From NCBI GenBank assembly GCA_964106645.2, contig OZ067044.1: DNA of 64,000 nucleotides, one strand, 5' to 3'. Made by a program: the position numbers and the translations under genes. The notes under the pieces are model-generated. The model made no database searches and was not told the DNA's origin. It saw nothing but the letters and a program-made list of their open reading frames with translations. The stretch is from Podarcis pityusensis. Its lineage: Eukaryota. Shown piece by piece: positions 49,801 through 62,300 of this stretch (within the stretch, counting starts at the first letter, position 1; the number at the start of each line of letters is the position of its first letter).

Positions 49801-52704
49801 GAAAATTTGTTGCCTATTTTGTATAGTGTTCTTCATGTCAGCATAATTCCTTCTGAAATATTTATTATCACAGGTCTATCCAAAATTGCAAATGCAAATG
49901 GAGTTAAACTTAATAACTCCTGACCACTTAGAGTTGCTAAGAATCACAAGGAGGATAGTGTACAGTTGCACTCATAATGCTGTGAGCTTCCTGTAGGCAT
50001 CTGGTTGGTCACTGTGAGAACAGGATGCTGGACTAGAGGAGCCTTTCAACTTGGTCTGATCATGTTTTTCTGGATCCATGAGTGTCATGTTCTTATGGCA
50101 ACATGGTGTGAAGGCACATGGTGAAATAACAGTATTGGTTCTGGGCAGGGCCTGGGACCCCTTTGTACACTAATTTGAGTTCCAATATGGAATACTGTTT
50201 ATATAGAATATGGCAGGCTTTGGCACCAACTTGTTACAAGTAGAATTGATGTAATAGATTTTGTTTTGTAGTAACTGCACCCACTCACTCTACACCAGGT
50301 CACTGTATCCCGGTTGCCAACTACTGAAATAATTATAGGGTTTTGTTTTTTTAGATATTAATAAATTAAACCAGAAAGATTTGTGTGTGTTAAGGAAATT
50401 TCAGTTAATTTAAGTGAAATGATCATAAAACTATCATGCTGCTGATCTTAAAATATATAACGCTGTAAGACTAATTTATTGCATGAGCAGGGGCATATTG
50501 AAAGCAATGTGAAGAAATGGAAATCAGAATAACAGAAACAAGATTTAATATATCCACATGAGAGCTAAATGGGGTATTGAATTCTGTAGGATGCCTGTAC
50601 ATCATGAGATCCACCAAGCCAAGCACAAGCCAACAACATTACAGTTCTATGCTTCTAAAGTGTGTTCTCATTTTCAGCTGAAAATGCAACAGAGAGGATC
50701 TAGAGATGGTATTTCTGTCTACAGGCTTTCCACAAATAATACCTGTAAACACAACTTACAAGTGCCTTCTTTAGATTAGTAATGAAACTAGTAATGAAGC
50801 CCCTAAAATCTTCCAGGCGCAAGCTGTGACAGTGAGCAGAATGGTACTTTTTGCCACTCATGGCCATAGTACAAAAGTGCTGAGAAGGAAAAGAATAGAC
50901 TGGTTGGGCTTGCTTTACAAATTATTGGCATAAGTAGACACTAGAAACATTATCTGCATCTTTAGAGCATTGAAGATTTTCAATAAAATGGTTCTGCTGA
51001 TTAAGGATGGGGGGTTAATTCAATTCAGTTTGCATTTCAATAGGAACCTACATAATTCACACTTTCTGATACAAATGAAAACCAAAACACAGCCATCCTT
51101 CACAATGTGCACTTCTGTGAATTTTGCAATTGAGTTCTTCAGCCAAGTACTGTGCACAAAATTGCATATACCAGGGTGAAGTGTGAATATAAAAGCACGC
51201 ATAAGTGAAAATAACATACAAAATGCATTATATTATGGAAAATGGCTTTGCAAAAATTGCTTTGCAAAATATTTCTGTGGAAGTGTCTCATCTTGGTAAA
51301 TCTCCATGGATGTGACCTTCCTCTTGCAAGCACTTAAAGCTGCTTACAATAATCAGACAGATTCCTTGAATATTTTAATCAATAATGCCATTTCTCTAGC
51401 AATAGGGTATATAATATTTCCCATGCCTGTTGAGCATACTGCTACTATATGTGTGATGCTTTTTTTTTTTTAATCCACCAAACTGGTAATTAAGATCTCT
51501 AACAATCTCTTTGAAAAGGTCACTCTGAAGTGCCACAAGTGGACCACTGTGCACAATCTTGCACCATTTTAACAGATGTAAAATGTTTGACGCAACCTTC
51601 TTCTACATGAAGTTATTTATGCATCCAGTGGTAATCATCTTGAGACATTAGCTCAAAGAAACTACTCTTTGGGCGGTGGTGGAGAGACACCATGATTTGC
51701 CTATCTTTCCTGCAGACTGCTTTGAACAGAGAACAATGAAATGCAAAACAGAAGCAAATGCTTTATAGAGCTCAACACGGTGCCTCTGATACAGATAGCA
51801 AAGGTGGAATGACATACTATGTAAGAAAAGTGGAGGGAAGGAAATTAGGGGAGAGATTTTAAAGCACTGAAGTTCAAGGTAATTCATCTATAGCATAAAG
51901 CAGGAAGTTGAGAGTAGTTATATGAACTAGCACTGTTTAGAGAAGGTAACAAACCATTCCTCTCTGTGCGAAGGAAGAAAGAATGTAAGTGATGTAAAAT
52001 CTGTTCATTGTCACTGAAATATGTAGGATAAGCAAGACTTATATATTTGCGTGTTTTCTCAACCCTTCTCAGAGCACCTGGATTCATAATCTGTTAACTT
52101 TTTTGACAGCCCAATGCTTCTACAAGTTTATTCAAAAGTAAGTCCTAATACATTCTGTGGTGCTTGCTCCCAGGTATGGGTGCACAGAATTGGAGCCTCA
52201 GTTACTCTATAACAGCGGATACTGCAAAAAAACTAATTGTAATCATTGTGTGGCCTGTAGCTGAACTTAATACAAGCATTTCTGTTCATCACATCATTTT
52301 TTGAAGCTTGGAAAATTATAGTTTCATTAAAGTTAAGCTATTCCTTTAAAATATGCACACTTCCATGCTCTGTTGCATATTCAAGGTTTTTACATCTTTT
52401 CAGAGTAGGACTTGTTAGAAACAGGTTTTCTTTTCTCCTTTTGAAAGAATTGTTGCAATTGAACAAATTAAGCTTTAGCCAGCTCCTCAAAAGGATGCCC
52501 TAATTTAGAAGGCTCAGGCTTTGATTTAAATTTATATCTGCCACTTCAAGGGTGTTTTGCTGTGACTCTAAGAGGCTTACATTTCAACACCACTGCACTG
52601 AAATCAAGTCACCTAGTCACCTAAAACTAGTGTCCAGTTTTGCTAAGATAAAAGACGTCATGCTTGTCCTTATATCTGTTCTCTTGATATTCCCATCTTA
52701 AGCA

Positions 52705-53426
52705 CTGCCTGAGCTCTGCGAGTGCGGCTTTCTCCCGAATGAAGTGCAGGACCAGGACATTCGCAGGGAAACAAAAATGCTTGTTTACAAAGCTATTGTA
52801 CTACCAACTTTACTATATGCTTGTGAAACATGGACTGCTTATAAACGCCATCTCCAACGGCTCGAAAGATTCCATCAATGGTCTCTCCGAAATTTTTTAC
52901 ACATCACTTGGGAAGACAGTGTACTGGAAGAAGCAAAGACCACCAGTGTTGAAGGAATGATTCTTCAACAGCAACTTCATTGGACTGGTTATGTTGTGTG
53001 GATGCCTGATGATCGTCTTCCAAAGTAACTACTCTATTCTGAACTTAAAAATGGAAAGCATAATGCTGGTGGTCAACAAAAGAGGTTTAAAGACTGTCTC
53101 AAGGCAAATCTAAATTTTTTTGTATAAACACTGACAACTGGGAAACACTGGCCTGCAAGCGCTCCAGTTGGAGAACAGCCTTTACTAAAGGTGTCATGGG
53201 CTTTGAAGACACTCGAACTCAGGACGCAAGGGAGAAAGGTGCTAAGAGGAAAGCACACTTGGCAAATCCACACCGTGATCAACTCCCGCCCGGAAACCAA
53301 TGTCCCCACTGTGGAAGGATGTGTGGATCCAGAATTGGCCTTCACAGTCACTTACAGACTCATTGTTAAAACCGTGTTTATGGAATACAATCTTACTTGG
53401 CTACGACTGATCGCCAAAGAAGAAGA
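52705..53426 (+). mobile_element. 5'-truncated RTE-clade LINE
   Basis: TKMLVYKAIVLPTLLYACETW..., MPDDRLPK, GGQQKRFKD.LK and a terminal C2H2 motif CPHCGRMCGSRIGLHSHLQTH (53301-53363); (GAA)n tail. Contains a stop and frameshifts. Confidence 0.9.
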
Positions 53427-54843
53427 TTCCCCCCTCCATTTCTTTTGTTTTCTCCTTTGGTTAACATTTAGCTTGATAAGTTCTGGAATACTTGAATGTT
53501 GGCTCAGAAAGTTATGACACGTTGGTTGGTCGTGATAAAATTATCACCCAACTGTGGATTTTGCAACAAATTATATCAGAGGTAGTATGTAGTGCAAGCA
53601 GAAAGTATCCACAGCCTGATTATCTTCAGTGATCTTTCCACAGTACCAAAGTTAATATCATAAAGGTATGGAAGCCCAACCTTATGAAAAACAGTGGGAT
53701 GGGGTGGGGCACTGGGTATGTTTAGGCTGGGCAAGAGAAGACTGAGAGCCACTTGGGAAGGAACACCCTGCAGATCTGAACTCCCCTTCCTCTGCCCCAC
53801 TTTCAGCTGTATATTTAATTAGGCTTTTTTTTTATTTACCCTAATTAAACATTAGCCACATTTCCTACCATTTTGGGTCTGGATAAGTGTGTGGTCCCTG
53901 GGTTGGCTGAGGTGGGTTAGCTTGATTGTACCCCCCCTCCCAGATTAGAGTCATGCAAGGTTAAAAAAATCTCCCATCTTCTCCCAGCATGCACAATAAC
54001 CCTCTCAAACTTTGCTCTGAAGGTTTGGGAGAAACCCAGTACAGATTTAGGGAATGCATAGGGGAAAAAGATAAGAGCAGTTAATCCTTGCAATGATGGA
54101 ATATGTTCTTTGAATACCACCACTAGTTTCCAATCAGCAACACAAATACTTTTCAGAAACCTAAAGAAATTGCATCTGTTGTTGCTGTGGCATCTCCTTT
54201 TGTCTCTCCTTTGGGCTGACAAGAGTGTGATAAGATCTCAAATTAAAAATTATGCTTTAAAATGTTTTTTATCACATTTTAACTATGAATGGCATCCTTC
54301 ACCTTCTGTTGCTTCAGCACATGGTAATAGTTTCAGACAGCCAGGGTTCTGACTTTCTGTACAATTCAGAAGCTTGCTTCCTTGACCGACACAGCTCAAC
54401 AAAATGTGTCATCCACTCTCTTCCTTTTGGAGTGACACAAGCAAGCACTGTCTTCCCTGACCTCTCATGTTGCAATGTGACTTTGTTGCTCCCTGCACTA
54501 ACACCATAAAGTACCAGAAGAAACGGTGTGCAGTGCATTACTGTAAGAGGGAGAAATTCCCCAGGAAGCAGGGAAGGAATAATAAGAACAAAGACTGTTC
54601 CTGGTGTCAAAACAATTATGTAGAGTGGATTCTAACTTATGTTGCTTTCATAAAAATAATTTTAAAACCCCCGGAAAGGTCAAAGTAGTCTCTCTCTCTC
54701 TTTTTTTTAAAAAAAGTTTAGGAAATAAAAGTTGTTTTGGATTACCGCCTCCTTCATTAGTAAATGAGCTGGTATTACACTTCCCAGCCACGACGGCACA
54801 GGAATTGACATTCTCTAAGTTATAATGAGTGCCACAAATAGAA

Positions 54844-55035
54844 GTATAAGTTTCTACTGTTAGAAGCAGTATGCTTATCAATACCAGCTGATGGAAACTG
54901 CAGGAGGGAACAATGCTGTTGCACTCTGGTCCTCCTTGCAGGCTTCCGATGGGCATCTGATTGACCTCTGTGAGAACAGGATGTTGGAGTAGATGGGCCA
55001 CTGGCCTGATCCAGCAGAGCTATTCTTATGTTCTC
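54844..55035 (+). mobile_element. CR1-like LINE 3' UTR/tail fragment (second copy ~49960-50100)
   Basis: GGCATCTG.TTG..C.CTGTGAGAACAGGATG.TGGA.TAGA and the tail TTCTTATG occur at both 54950-55035 and 49995-50097. Confidence 0.65.
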
Positions 55036-56199
55036 TAGTCTGACCCTCAGCTTTGGCCTCCAAATTGTTGCAAGAGACTCTGGTAATGGTTGGAGAGAGA
55101 GGTTTGGAAGAGAGATTCCTACTGTCCAGTAGCAAAGTTGGCAATTGCTTCAAGCACATTAAAACTTGGTTAGATTTAATCTTCCCTCATCCATCTTTAA
55201 ACAAATGTTCCCCATGAAAATATGTAGGCTAGAATAAATCACAGACACTTAGCTTTGCAAATAAGTGAAGTTCTTTACAGAAACAGAGTTTCAGGAGTTA
55301 CAGCAAACAAGTCTCCATCTGTTGATAGTAAAATAAAGATTTTTTTTTTAAAGGTTCCAAATGACTTGAAAAAAACTTGGTTTCCTTACAAAAAGTATAA
55401 TCGGCTGTGGTAGGGGAAGTTTGGGACTCACCTGTGATTCAAATAAATCAATCTTGGGCAAGATAATGGGGCAGACCTGAGTGAAGCCAGCCTGCCTTCA
55501 CTCAGGTCTGCCAACAACTTATTTTAAGTGGCTGCACTCGGTCTCAGCAGCACAGTTGCCAATGGATGTTGGGGAGCGAGGACATTCCTGAAGAACTGAA
55601 GGTTTGTTAGGCTGTGGTGGTGGGCCTGTGAAGAGACCCAAAGACTTTGGCAGTGCCTGAAGCGGCTGAAGACCTTCCAGCATTGGTGGTGGGGCCTGGG
55701 AAGCAGCCCAAACACCCCAATTTTGGCACCAATGAAGTGTGCCTGGGGGAGAATTGGGCTAGGAGGTGAGTGATGATATACCAAAACAAAGGCATTTTTA
55801 AGTGCCACAAGCTTTAAATCTTAAAGGCACTTAAAAGCGTCAACAAAGCAGCTTTGCAGCTAGGGAGTGCTACTGCTACCCTACTGCATCAAGGACCACA
55901 GGAGCACCCCAGAATCTCCCCCATAAAGACTATTAAAATCCCTTTAAAATGTCTTCAGACAGTATCCTTTAAAAAAAAAGTTACCACTGCATATATCCTC
56001 ATATATTTTTTGGCAGGGATTTGATACAGTTTTGATGGAATTTGAAGTAACAGGAAGTTTCGATTTCACTGTCTCTCTCTCTTAATTTACAATTTGAAAA
56101 AGGAAGCAATTGAGCCTGTCAAGGTGTTACGTATATAGAGTCAAGGCCAAACTGCTGCAATCAGATGAGGGGGAAGGTCATTTTTAAAGTATTACAAAA

Positions 56200-56202
<3 letters not shown>

Positions 56203-56274
<72 letters not shown>
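56203..56274. repeat. (TC)n(AC)n compound microsatellite
   Basis: Directly visible. Confidence 0.97.
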
Positions 56275-56277
<3 letters not shown>

Positions 56278-56882
56278 TGCAGTCATTGCTTTTAGCCCCG
56301 ACTTGCCTTGAGCTTTTTTATCTTATTTCACAAACACAACTAAATGGAGATAGTTTAAACACTCTGCTGTTCCATCAATGCAATATGAGTGAAAGCTTAA
56401 CAGGAGTGTTCTTTTAAAAGCACTGCAACAGGTCTTCACTAGAAATGTGATTGAGAAAGAAAAGGAAAGGAATAGCAATTTGATTATTGATTTAACTGTG
56501 AATGAAGAAGGGAGAAAGATGAGGCTATTTTTTTCATGACTTGAAGTGAATTGTTCTACACAGCCAAATAAAAGTAAAATGTGGAATGGACATAGCTTGG
56601 GGGGGGGAGGGGCTGCTTCATCAAACTCTCTAGCTGTTGCCACCTGGACTAGGACCATGTAAAAATGTATTTTAGTTCTTCAATAACTGCACTTAGTCCT
56701 AGTTAATTTTCAACCCCAAGTGCTAGTGCTTATCTCTACCTGTGTAGGACTACTTTCTTCTACATAAAATTAATCAGGCATTGAAGTAATCTTTGAAGGC
56801 CCTTCTCCAGGGGCCACTGCCTTCTGAGAGTACATGACAGAAAATTAGGAAGAGGGCCTTCATAACCAACACTTCATCTGTG

Positions 56883-58349
56883 GACTTCCGGCGAGCGTGA
56901 ACTCGCAGCGGGTGGGGATTTTGCCGCTCGGAAAATCCCAAGCTACTTAGGGGGAGAAGGGGGGTGCAGAAGGGCGTGAAAGCCCCCCAATTACCTCTTG
57001 AAAGGTGTCAAGAGGGCTAGGATCCCAGCAAGACCACAAGCAGCTCGCTTGGCCGTCAGGTAACTTCAAACAAGTGAAGCGAAGAGAACGGCGGAGCGGA
57101 GCGGCAGGTCTAGGGGAAGCCATTACCTACCCCCAAGCAGCGAAGCCCCGGTCTCGCGGAGAGAAGCGCTGCGCTCTCAAACCAGATGAAACCTGGGATT
57201 AATTTGACTCGGCAAATGGACAGAACTAAAAGAATTCCGGGGGCTTAAGAAAACAGTGGAGTTCGGCGTTATTCGAAATCTACAAGGCGCAAGGTAATCT
57301 TCAGAGCGGAGAAAGGCAGTGAAATCTATTAGCGGGTCACATCCGTTTCCCTGAAAAGCTGCAACATTAAAGTAGCCGGCGGGGGGAAGTTACAAAGTAT
57401 CAAGCGCTGGCCGTATTTAAACAGGGAACAGAAAGTACTATTTGATGAACTGTAGATCCCTAAGGAGCTGAGGGGGGGAAAAACGAAGGAAGAAAGACCC
57501 GTCTCTCCTCATAGCAGCGGAGAAAGCGGAAGTGTAGGACCTGATGTGATTATAGGAACTAAAAGACGTAATAACTGGAAAATACAACTAAATGAGAGTG
57601 TATTGAGGGAAACCACCTCTGTTTGGCAGTGTCATTTGGAACTGGGGTGCTGTTGAACCCAACGGATATTTAAGGAGTTCTTTAAAACCACTCTTTCAGT
57701 TCCGGGAGTTGGCTTTAACAAAGAAGGTGTTGGCTTCGATAAAGACAAAGAAGGACATCTAGTGGACAAAATAGGATAAAACAACTGGTTCTCTCTGTGT
57801 TTGTTTTCATTACTATCTATTCAACGTTTGACTTTACAGACTTGGGGATTTTCCTCTGTGTGCTTTCTCAATCTTGACAAATCTTAGCTAATAGGAATAG
57901 AACCTACTGGATCAGACAGACTTCAACGGATAGAACACCACTTTTGTCATCTTCATTTAAGCTGGAAAAATCCTCATATAATATTGGTGCATAGGACTGT
58001 AGAGGCGATGGTAAATTTGAGTATAAACTGGGACTGTCAATATTAACCACAAGAAAAAAGCCACAAAGCAAATATCTGGACTAGCCTGAGTGGAGGCAAG
58101 AAGAAGAGTGGAAGAACGGATGGAATGTGGATAACTCCTCTTTGGACTTGCCATTACTGCTAATACTATAGGGGGGGGGCATGATATTGAGGGCTGTGTT
58201 AAACTAGATGGAAATATTTGGGACTGGGCAAAACCCGTTGTTCTTATTTAACCTCTTGGATTAGGGAGAGAGGAAGGGGCTTAGTTGACAACACGTAATT
58301 GATAAGTATAAATTTGAAGAGTGGGGACTTTTTGAGTTTTATAGACACA
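56883..58349 (+). promoter_or_regulatory. L1 5' UTR / putative internal promoter
   Basis: Region between the TSD and the ORF1 ATG. The first ~650 bp are CpG-rich relative to the flanks, with an ETS-type ACTTCCGG at 56884-56891. Promoter function is inferred from L1 biology. Confidence 0.7.
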
Positions 58350-59306
58350 ATGTCGAACACAGCAAAGAGAGCTGAGGGAGGGACACCAATAGAAAGAAAG
58401 GCATCCAAACAGGAAACAGACTTCAAAGCAGATATTTTAAGAATGTTTGCGGAAATTAAACAAAGTGAGAAAAACCTAGAAGTAAAATTAGAACAAGTAG
58501 ACAATAAGATAGGGAAAATGGACAAAAAAATGGACGAAACAGTTAATGAACTAAAAGGGCAAATAAAGGAAGTATTTAGGAGGACACAAGCTGTAGAAGA
58601 AGGTTTGAAAAAAACAAGATTAGAAATGAGAGAGGTGAGACGTGAAGAGGACAAACTAAGAGCAGAGGTGTTAGAATTGAATAAAGTGCAAGAAGATATG
58701 AAAGATTCAATAGCTATGCATGAACTAAGACAGAGGGAGAATAATTTGAGACTTAGGGCGGTACCAGAAACACAAGGAGAAAACATTAAAGAGAAATTAA
58801 TAGCTGAGTTAGCACAATGGATGGAACTACCAACAGATGAGATAGAAAGGACGATACAATCTGCCTTTAGACTAAAAGTGAAAACAACTAGGGCTAAAAA
58901 ATTTGTGGGTGATTGTCTGATTACATTTAGAGATAAGGAAATGAGAAACATGATCCTGCAAAGAAATAGAGAAAAAAGGTTGTGCATCAATGGGAATTAT
59001 ATAATAATTTTTAAAGACATACCAATCAGAATTCTGAAACGTAGAGAGTCGTACAAGGCACTTGTGCAAACATTAAAGAAAAATAACATTGAGTTTAAAT
59101 GGGAATTCCCGGAAGGGATCTCATTTACTTACAGGAGTAAGAGGCACAGGTTGATCAGTCCAGAGGAAACTGGGAAGTTTTTGAGAAAATATAAAGAGTT
59201 GAGGTTAGAAAAAGAAGAAGAAAAAGGGGAAGAGGCAGCAGGGGGCCCAGACTCCGAGGAAGAAACAGAAAGTAGAGGAGGAGAAGAAGAGGAACAAGAG
59301 GTTTAA
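58350..59306 (+). CDS. L1 ORF1p (coiled-coil + RRM/CTD-type RNA-binding protein), 318 aa from first ATG
   Basis: Heptad-rich N-terminal half, then RENNLRLRAVPE (L1 ORF1 RxNNLRIxGxPE-like motif), IIIFKDIP and FKWEFPEG. Lies directly upstream of ORF2. The ORF track opens at a TTG at 58299; the first ATG is 58350. Confidence 0.92.
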   Translation: MSNTAKRAEGGTPIERKASKQETDFKADILRMFAEIKQSEKNLEVKLEQVDNKIGKMDKKMDETVNELKGQIKEVFRRTQAVEEGLKKTRLEMREVRREEDKLRAEVLELNKVQEDMKDSIAMHELRQRENNLRLRAVPETQGENIKEKLIAELAQWMELPTDEIERTIQSAFRLKVKTTRAKKFVGDCLITFRDKEMRNMILQRNREKRLCINGNYIIIFKDIPIRILKRRESYKALVQTLKKNNIEFKWEFPEGISFTYRSKRHRLISPEETGKFLRKYKELRLEKEEEKGEEAAGGPDSEEETESRGGEEEEQEV

Positions 59307-59357
59307 AAATCAGTCAAAATATAAAAGGGAAAATAAGTAAGACTAAATTCATTTATT

Positions 59358-62300
59358 ATGGTATTAAAAATTTGTAGTTGGAATATTAATGGGATAAATG
59401 ATAAGAAAAAACGAAATAAAACTGTACAAATACTAAAAAAAGAAAACCTAGACATCATCTGTTTACAAGAGACACACATAGCAAGAAGACATAAAAGAGT
59501 ACTGATAAACAAAAGATTGGGAAATGAGTTTATCTCCTCAGATAAAGATAAAAAAAGAGGAGTGGTCATATATATTAAAAAGCAAATCGAAGCGCAACAA
59601 ATTTTTAAAGACGAGGAGGGAAGGATAATGGCGGTCCAAATTAAGTGGCAGGGAGAAAACCTAATCATAATCGGGTTATATGCTCCAAATGATAACAAGT
59701 CGGATTTTTTTAAAAATTTAGAAGAAAAACTAGCAGAGTACGCAGATCAGAAAATGATGATATTGGGTGATATGAACGGGGTGGTGTCCTTAGAAATGGA
59801 CAGACTTAGGGAGGGAAGTGGTAAGGATGGGAAGCTACCCAGAACTTTCTTTTCATTGGTTAAGAACTGTAACCTGATAGATAGCTGGAGACTCAGACAC
59901 CCACTGGTAAAACAGTTTACGTACTACTCTGAACCTAATCAGTCACAGTCCCGAATCGACCAGATTTGGACCTCAAATGAGCTGACTCCAAGAATTTTAA
60001 GGGTGGAGATCCAAGCTAAAACTATATCGGATCATAATCCAATAAAATTGGAGTTGAAAGGCTGGGAGGAGAGAACTTTTAGGTGGAGACTAAAAGACTA
60101 TCTTCTGGACGATCAAGAAGTGGTTGATAAAGCCCAGAGAAGGTTGATAGATTATTTTAAGGAAAACATGAATAAGGGTACCAAAACAAAGGTGGTATGG
60201 GATGCAAGCAAGGCAGTAATGAGGGGCTTCTTTATCCAGCAAAACACGATTAAAAATAAAGGAAGAGAAAAATGGAAAAAAGAGATATTAAAGCAGATAA
60301 TGGATAATGAACAAAAGTTAGTCCAAAAACCAAATAGCAAGAGGATAAAGGAGAATATTAAAGCATTGCAAGCGCAGTTTGCAATGTTGATAAATAGAGA
60401 AGTGGAATGGAACATCAAAAAATTGAGACTAAGAAGTTTTGAATACTCAAATAAATCAGGGAAGCTGCTAGCATGGCAGATAAAAAAAAGGAAGGAACAG
60501 AGTACTATAAATAAAATAATAGTGGATGGTGAAGAAAAAACTAACCCCAAGGAAGTTAGGAAAGCATTTGTGGACTACTATAGTGGACTATATAATAATA
60601 GAGAGAGACATAATTTGAGGAGGATTGAAAGATTCTTAAAGGATAAAAAGGTTCAGAAGATACCAGCAGAGAAAAAAGAACAGCTGAACGCTCCAGTAGA
60701 GATAGAAGAAATAGAAAAAGTAATAAAAGAACTAAAAAGAGGGAAAGCCCCAGGCCCGGATGGGTTTACGGCTAGTTATTACAAAGAAATGAAGGCTGTA
60801 TTGCTGCCCCCATTGAAGGAAGTGATAAATAACATCTTAAAAGAAAGAGAAATACCAGAAACATGGAAAGAGGCATTCATTACATTAATCCCAAAACAAG
60901 ATGCGGATTTATTGCAAGTTAAAAATTACAGGCCGATTTCATTGTTGAACATAGATTACAAAATTTTTACAGGAATTTTAGCTAGCAGAATGAAAAATAT
61001 ATTGTTAGATTATGTTCATGGAGACCAAACGGGCTTCCTGCCGGGGAGGCAGATGAAGGATAATATAAGAAACATAATAAATATCATAGAATATTTGTCG
61101 GCCAAGAGTGACAAACAAGCTATACTGATGTTTGTGGATGCAGAGAAAGCATTCGATAACACAAATTGGGATTTTTTGTTAAAAAATCTAGAATACATGG
61201 AGGTGGGTGCAGAGTTTTTTAATGGAATAAAAGCAATCTATACGGAGCAGAAAGCGAAATTGATCATAAACAACGTAGTGTCAGAAGAAATAAGGATAGG
61301 GAAGGGTACAAGGCAGGGATGTCCGCTCTCCCCATTGCTGTTCATAACTGTATTGGAAGTGTTACTTAACTCAATAAGACAAAACAAGAAGATAAAAGGA
61401 ATAACAATTGGACAAAATGAATACAAGGTAAAGGCATTTGCAGACGATTTGCTAATAACAATAGAAGATCCGACGAATTCAATAAAAGAGATATTGGAAG
61501 AACTAGAGCAATTCGGCAAAGTGGCTGGTTTTAAGTTAAATAAAAGTAAGACTAAATTAATGACAAAGAATATAGATCTAAGTACAATTGAAGAAATACA
61601 ACAACAAACAGAGATAGAGGTGGCCAGAAAGGTGAAATATTTAGGAATATGGATAACTCCAAAAAATATAGAACTATTTAAAAATAATTATGAAGTAGTA
61701 TGGAAAGAGATTAAAAAGGATTTGGTGACGTGGGGGAAGCTAAAACTGTCTTTCTGGGGCAGGATAGCCATAATTAAGATGAATGCACTTCCGAGAATGT
61801 TGTTCCTATTCCAGAATATTCCGATAATCAAAGGTACTAAGATATTCAAAGAATGGCAAAGAGAGTTCTCAAAGTACGTATGGCAGGGCAAAAGACCGAG
61901 GATACAGTTTAAATTACTGACAGAGGCAAAAGAAAGGGGGGGATTCGCACTTCCAGATCTGAAACTATATTATGAGGCATCGTGCCTATGCTGGATAAAA
62001 CCGTGGATAAAATTAGATAATAAAGAACTTTTAGATCTGGAAGGCCACGACAATAGATTTGGGTGGCACGCGTATCTATGTTATGAAAAGAAGAAGGTAC
62101 ACAAGGGATTTGAAAGCCACATCTTTAAAGGCCCTTTGATAGAAGTATGGGAGAGGTACAGATTTTTATTGGAACCCAGAGTCCCACACTGGATGTCCCC
62201 ATTAGAAGCCATGAGTGTTAAAAAGACCAACATGAGGGATAAATGGGTTACCTATGAACAGCTGCTAATTAAAGATGGGGGGAAGTGGAAGCTAAAACCA

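Noticed and set aside
54467-54688. Cys-rich ORF (KKRCAVHYC...DCSWCQ) reminiscent of a piggyBac C-terminal domain
   Set aside because: Non-ATG start, incomplete Cys/His pattern, and no upstream transposase remnant or TIRs; probably chance.
56861-56882. Idea that the LINE is a sequence-specific Tx1 element targeting an snRNA or tRNA gene
   Set aside because: The target does not resemble U2 snRNA, tRNA or a microsatellite as far as I can recognise; it looks like an old L2 remnant, and ORF1 is L1-type.
58244-58990. 248-aa antisense ORF overlapping L1 ORF1 (also the antisense ORFs within ORF2)
   Set aside because: Leu/Ser/Phe-rich shadow of the A-rich coding strand with no recognisable domain.
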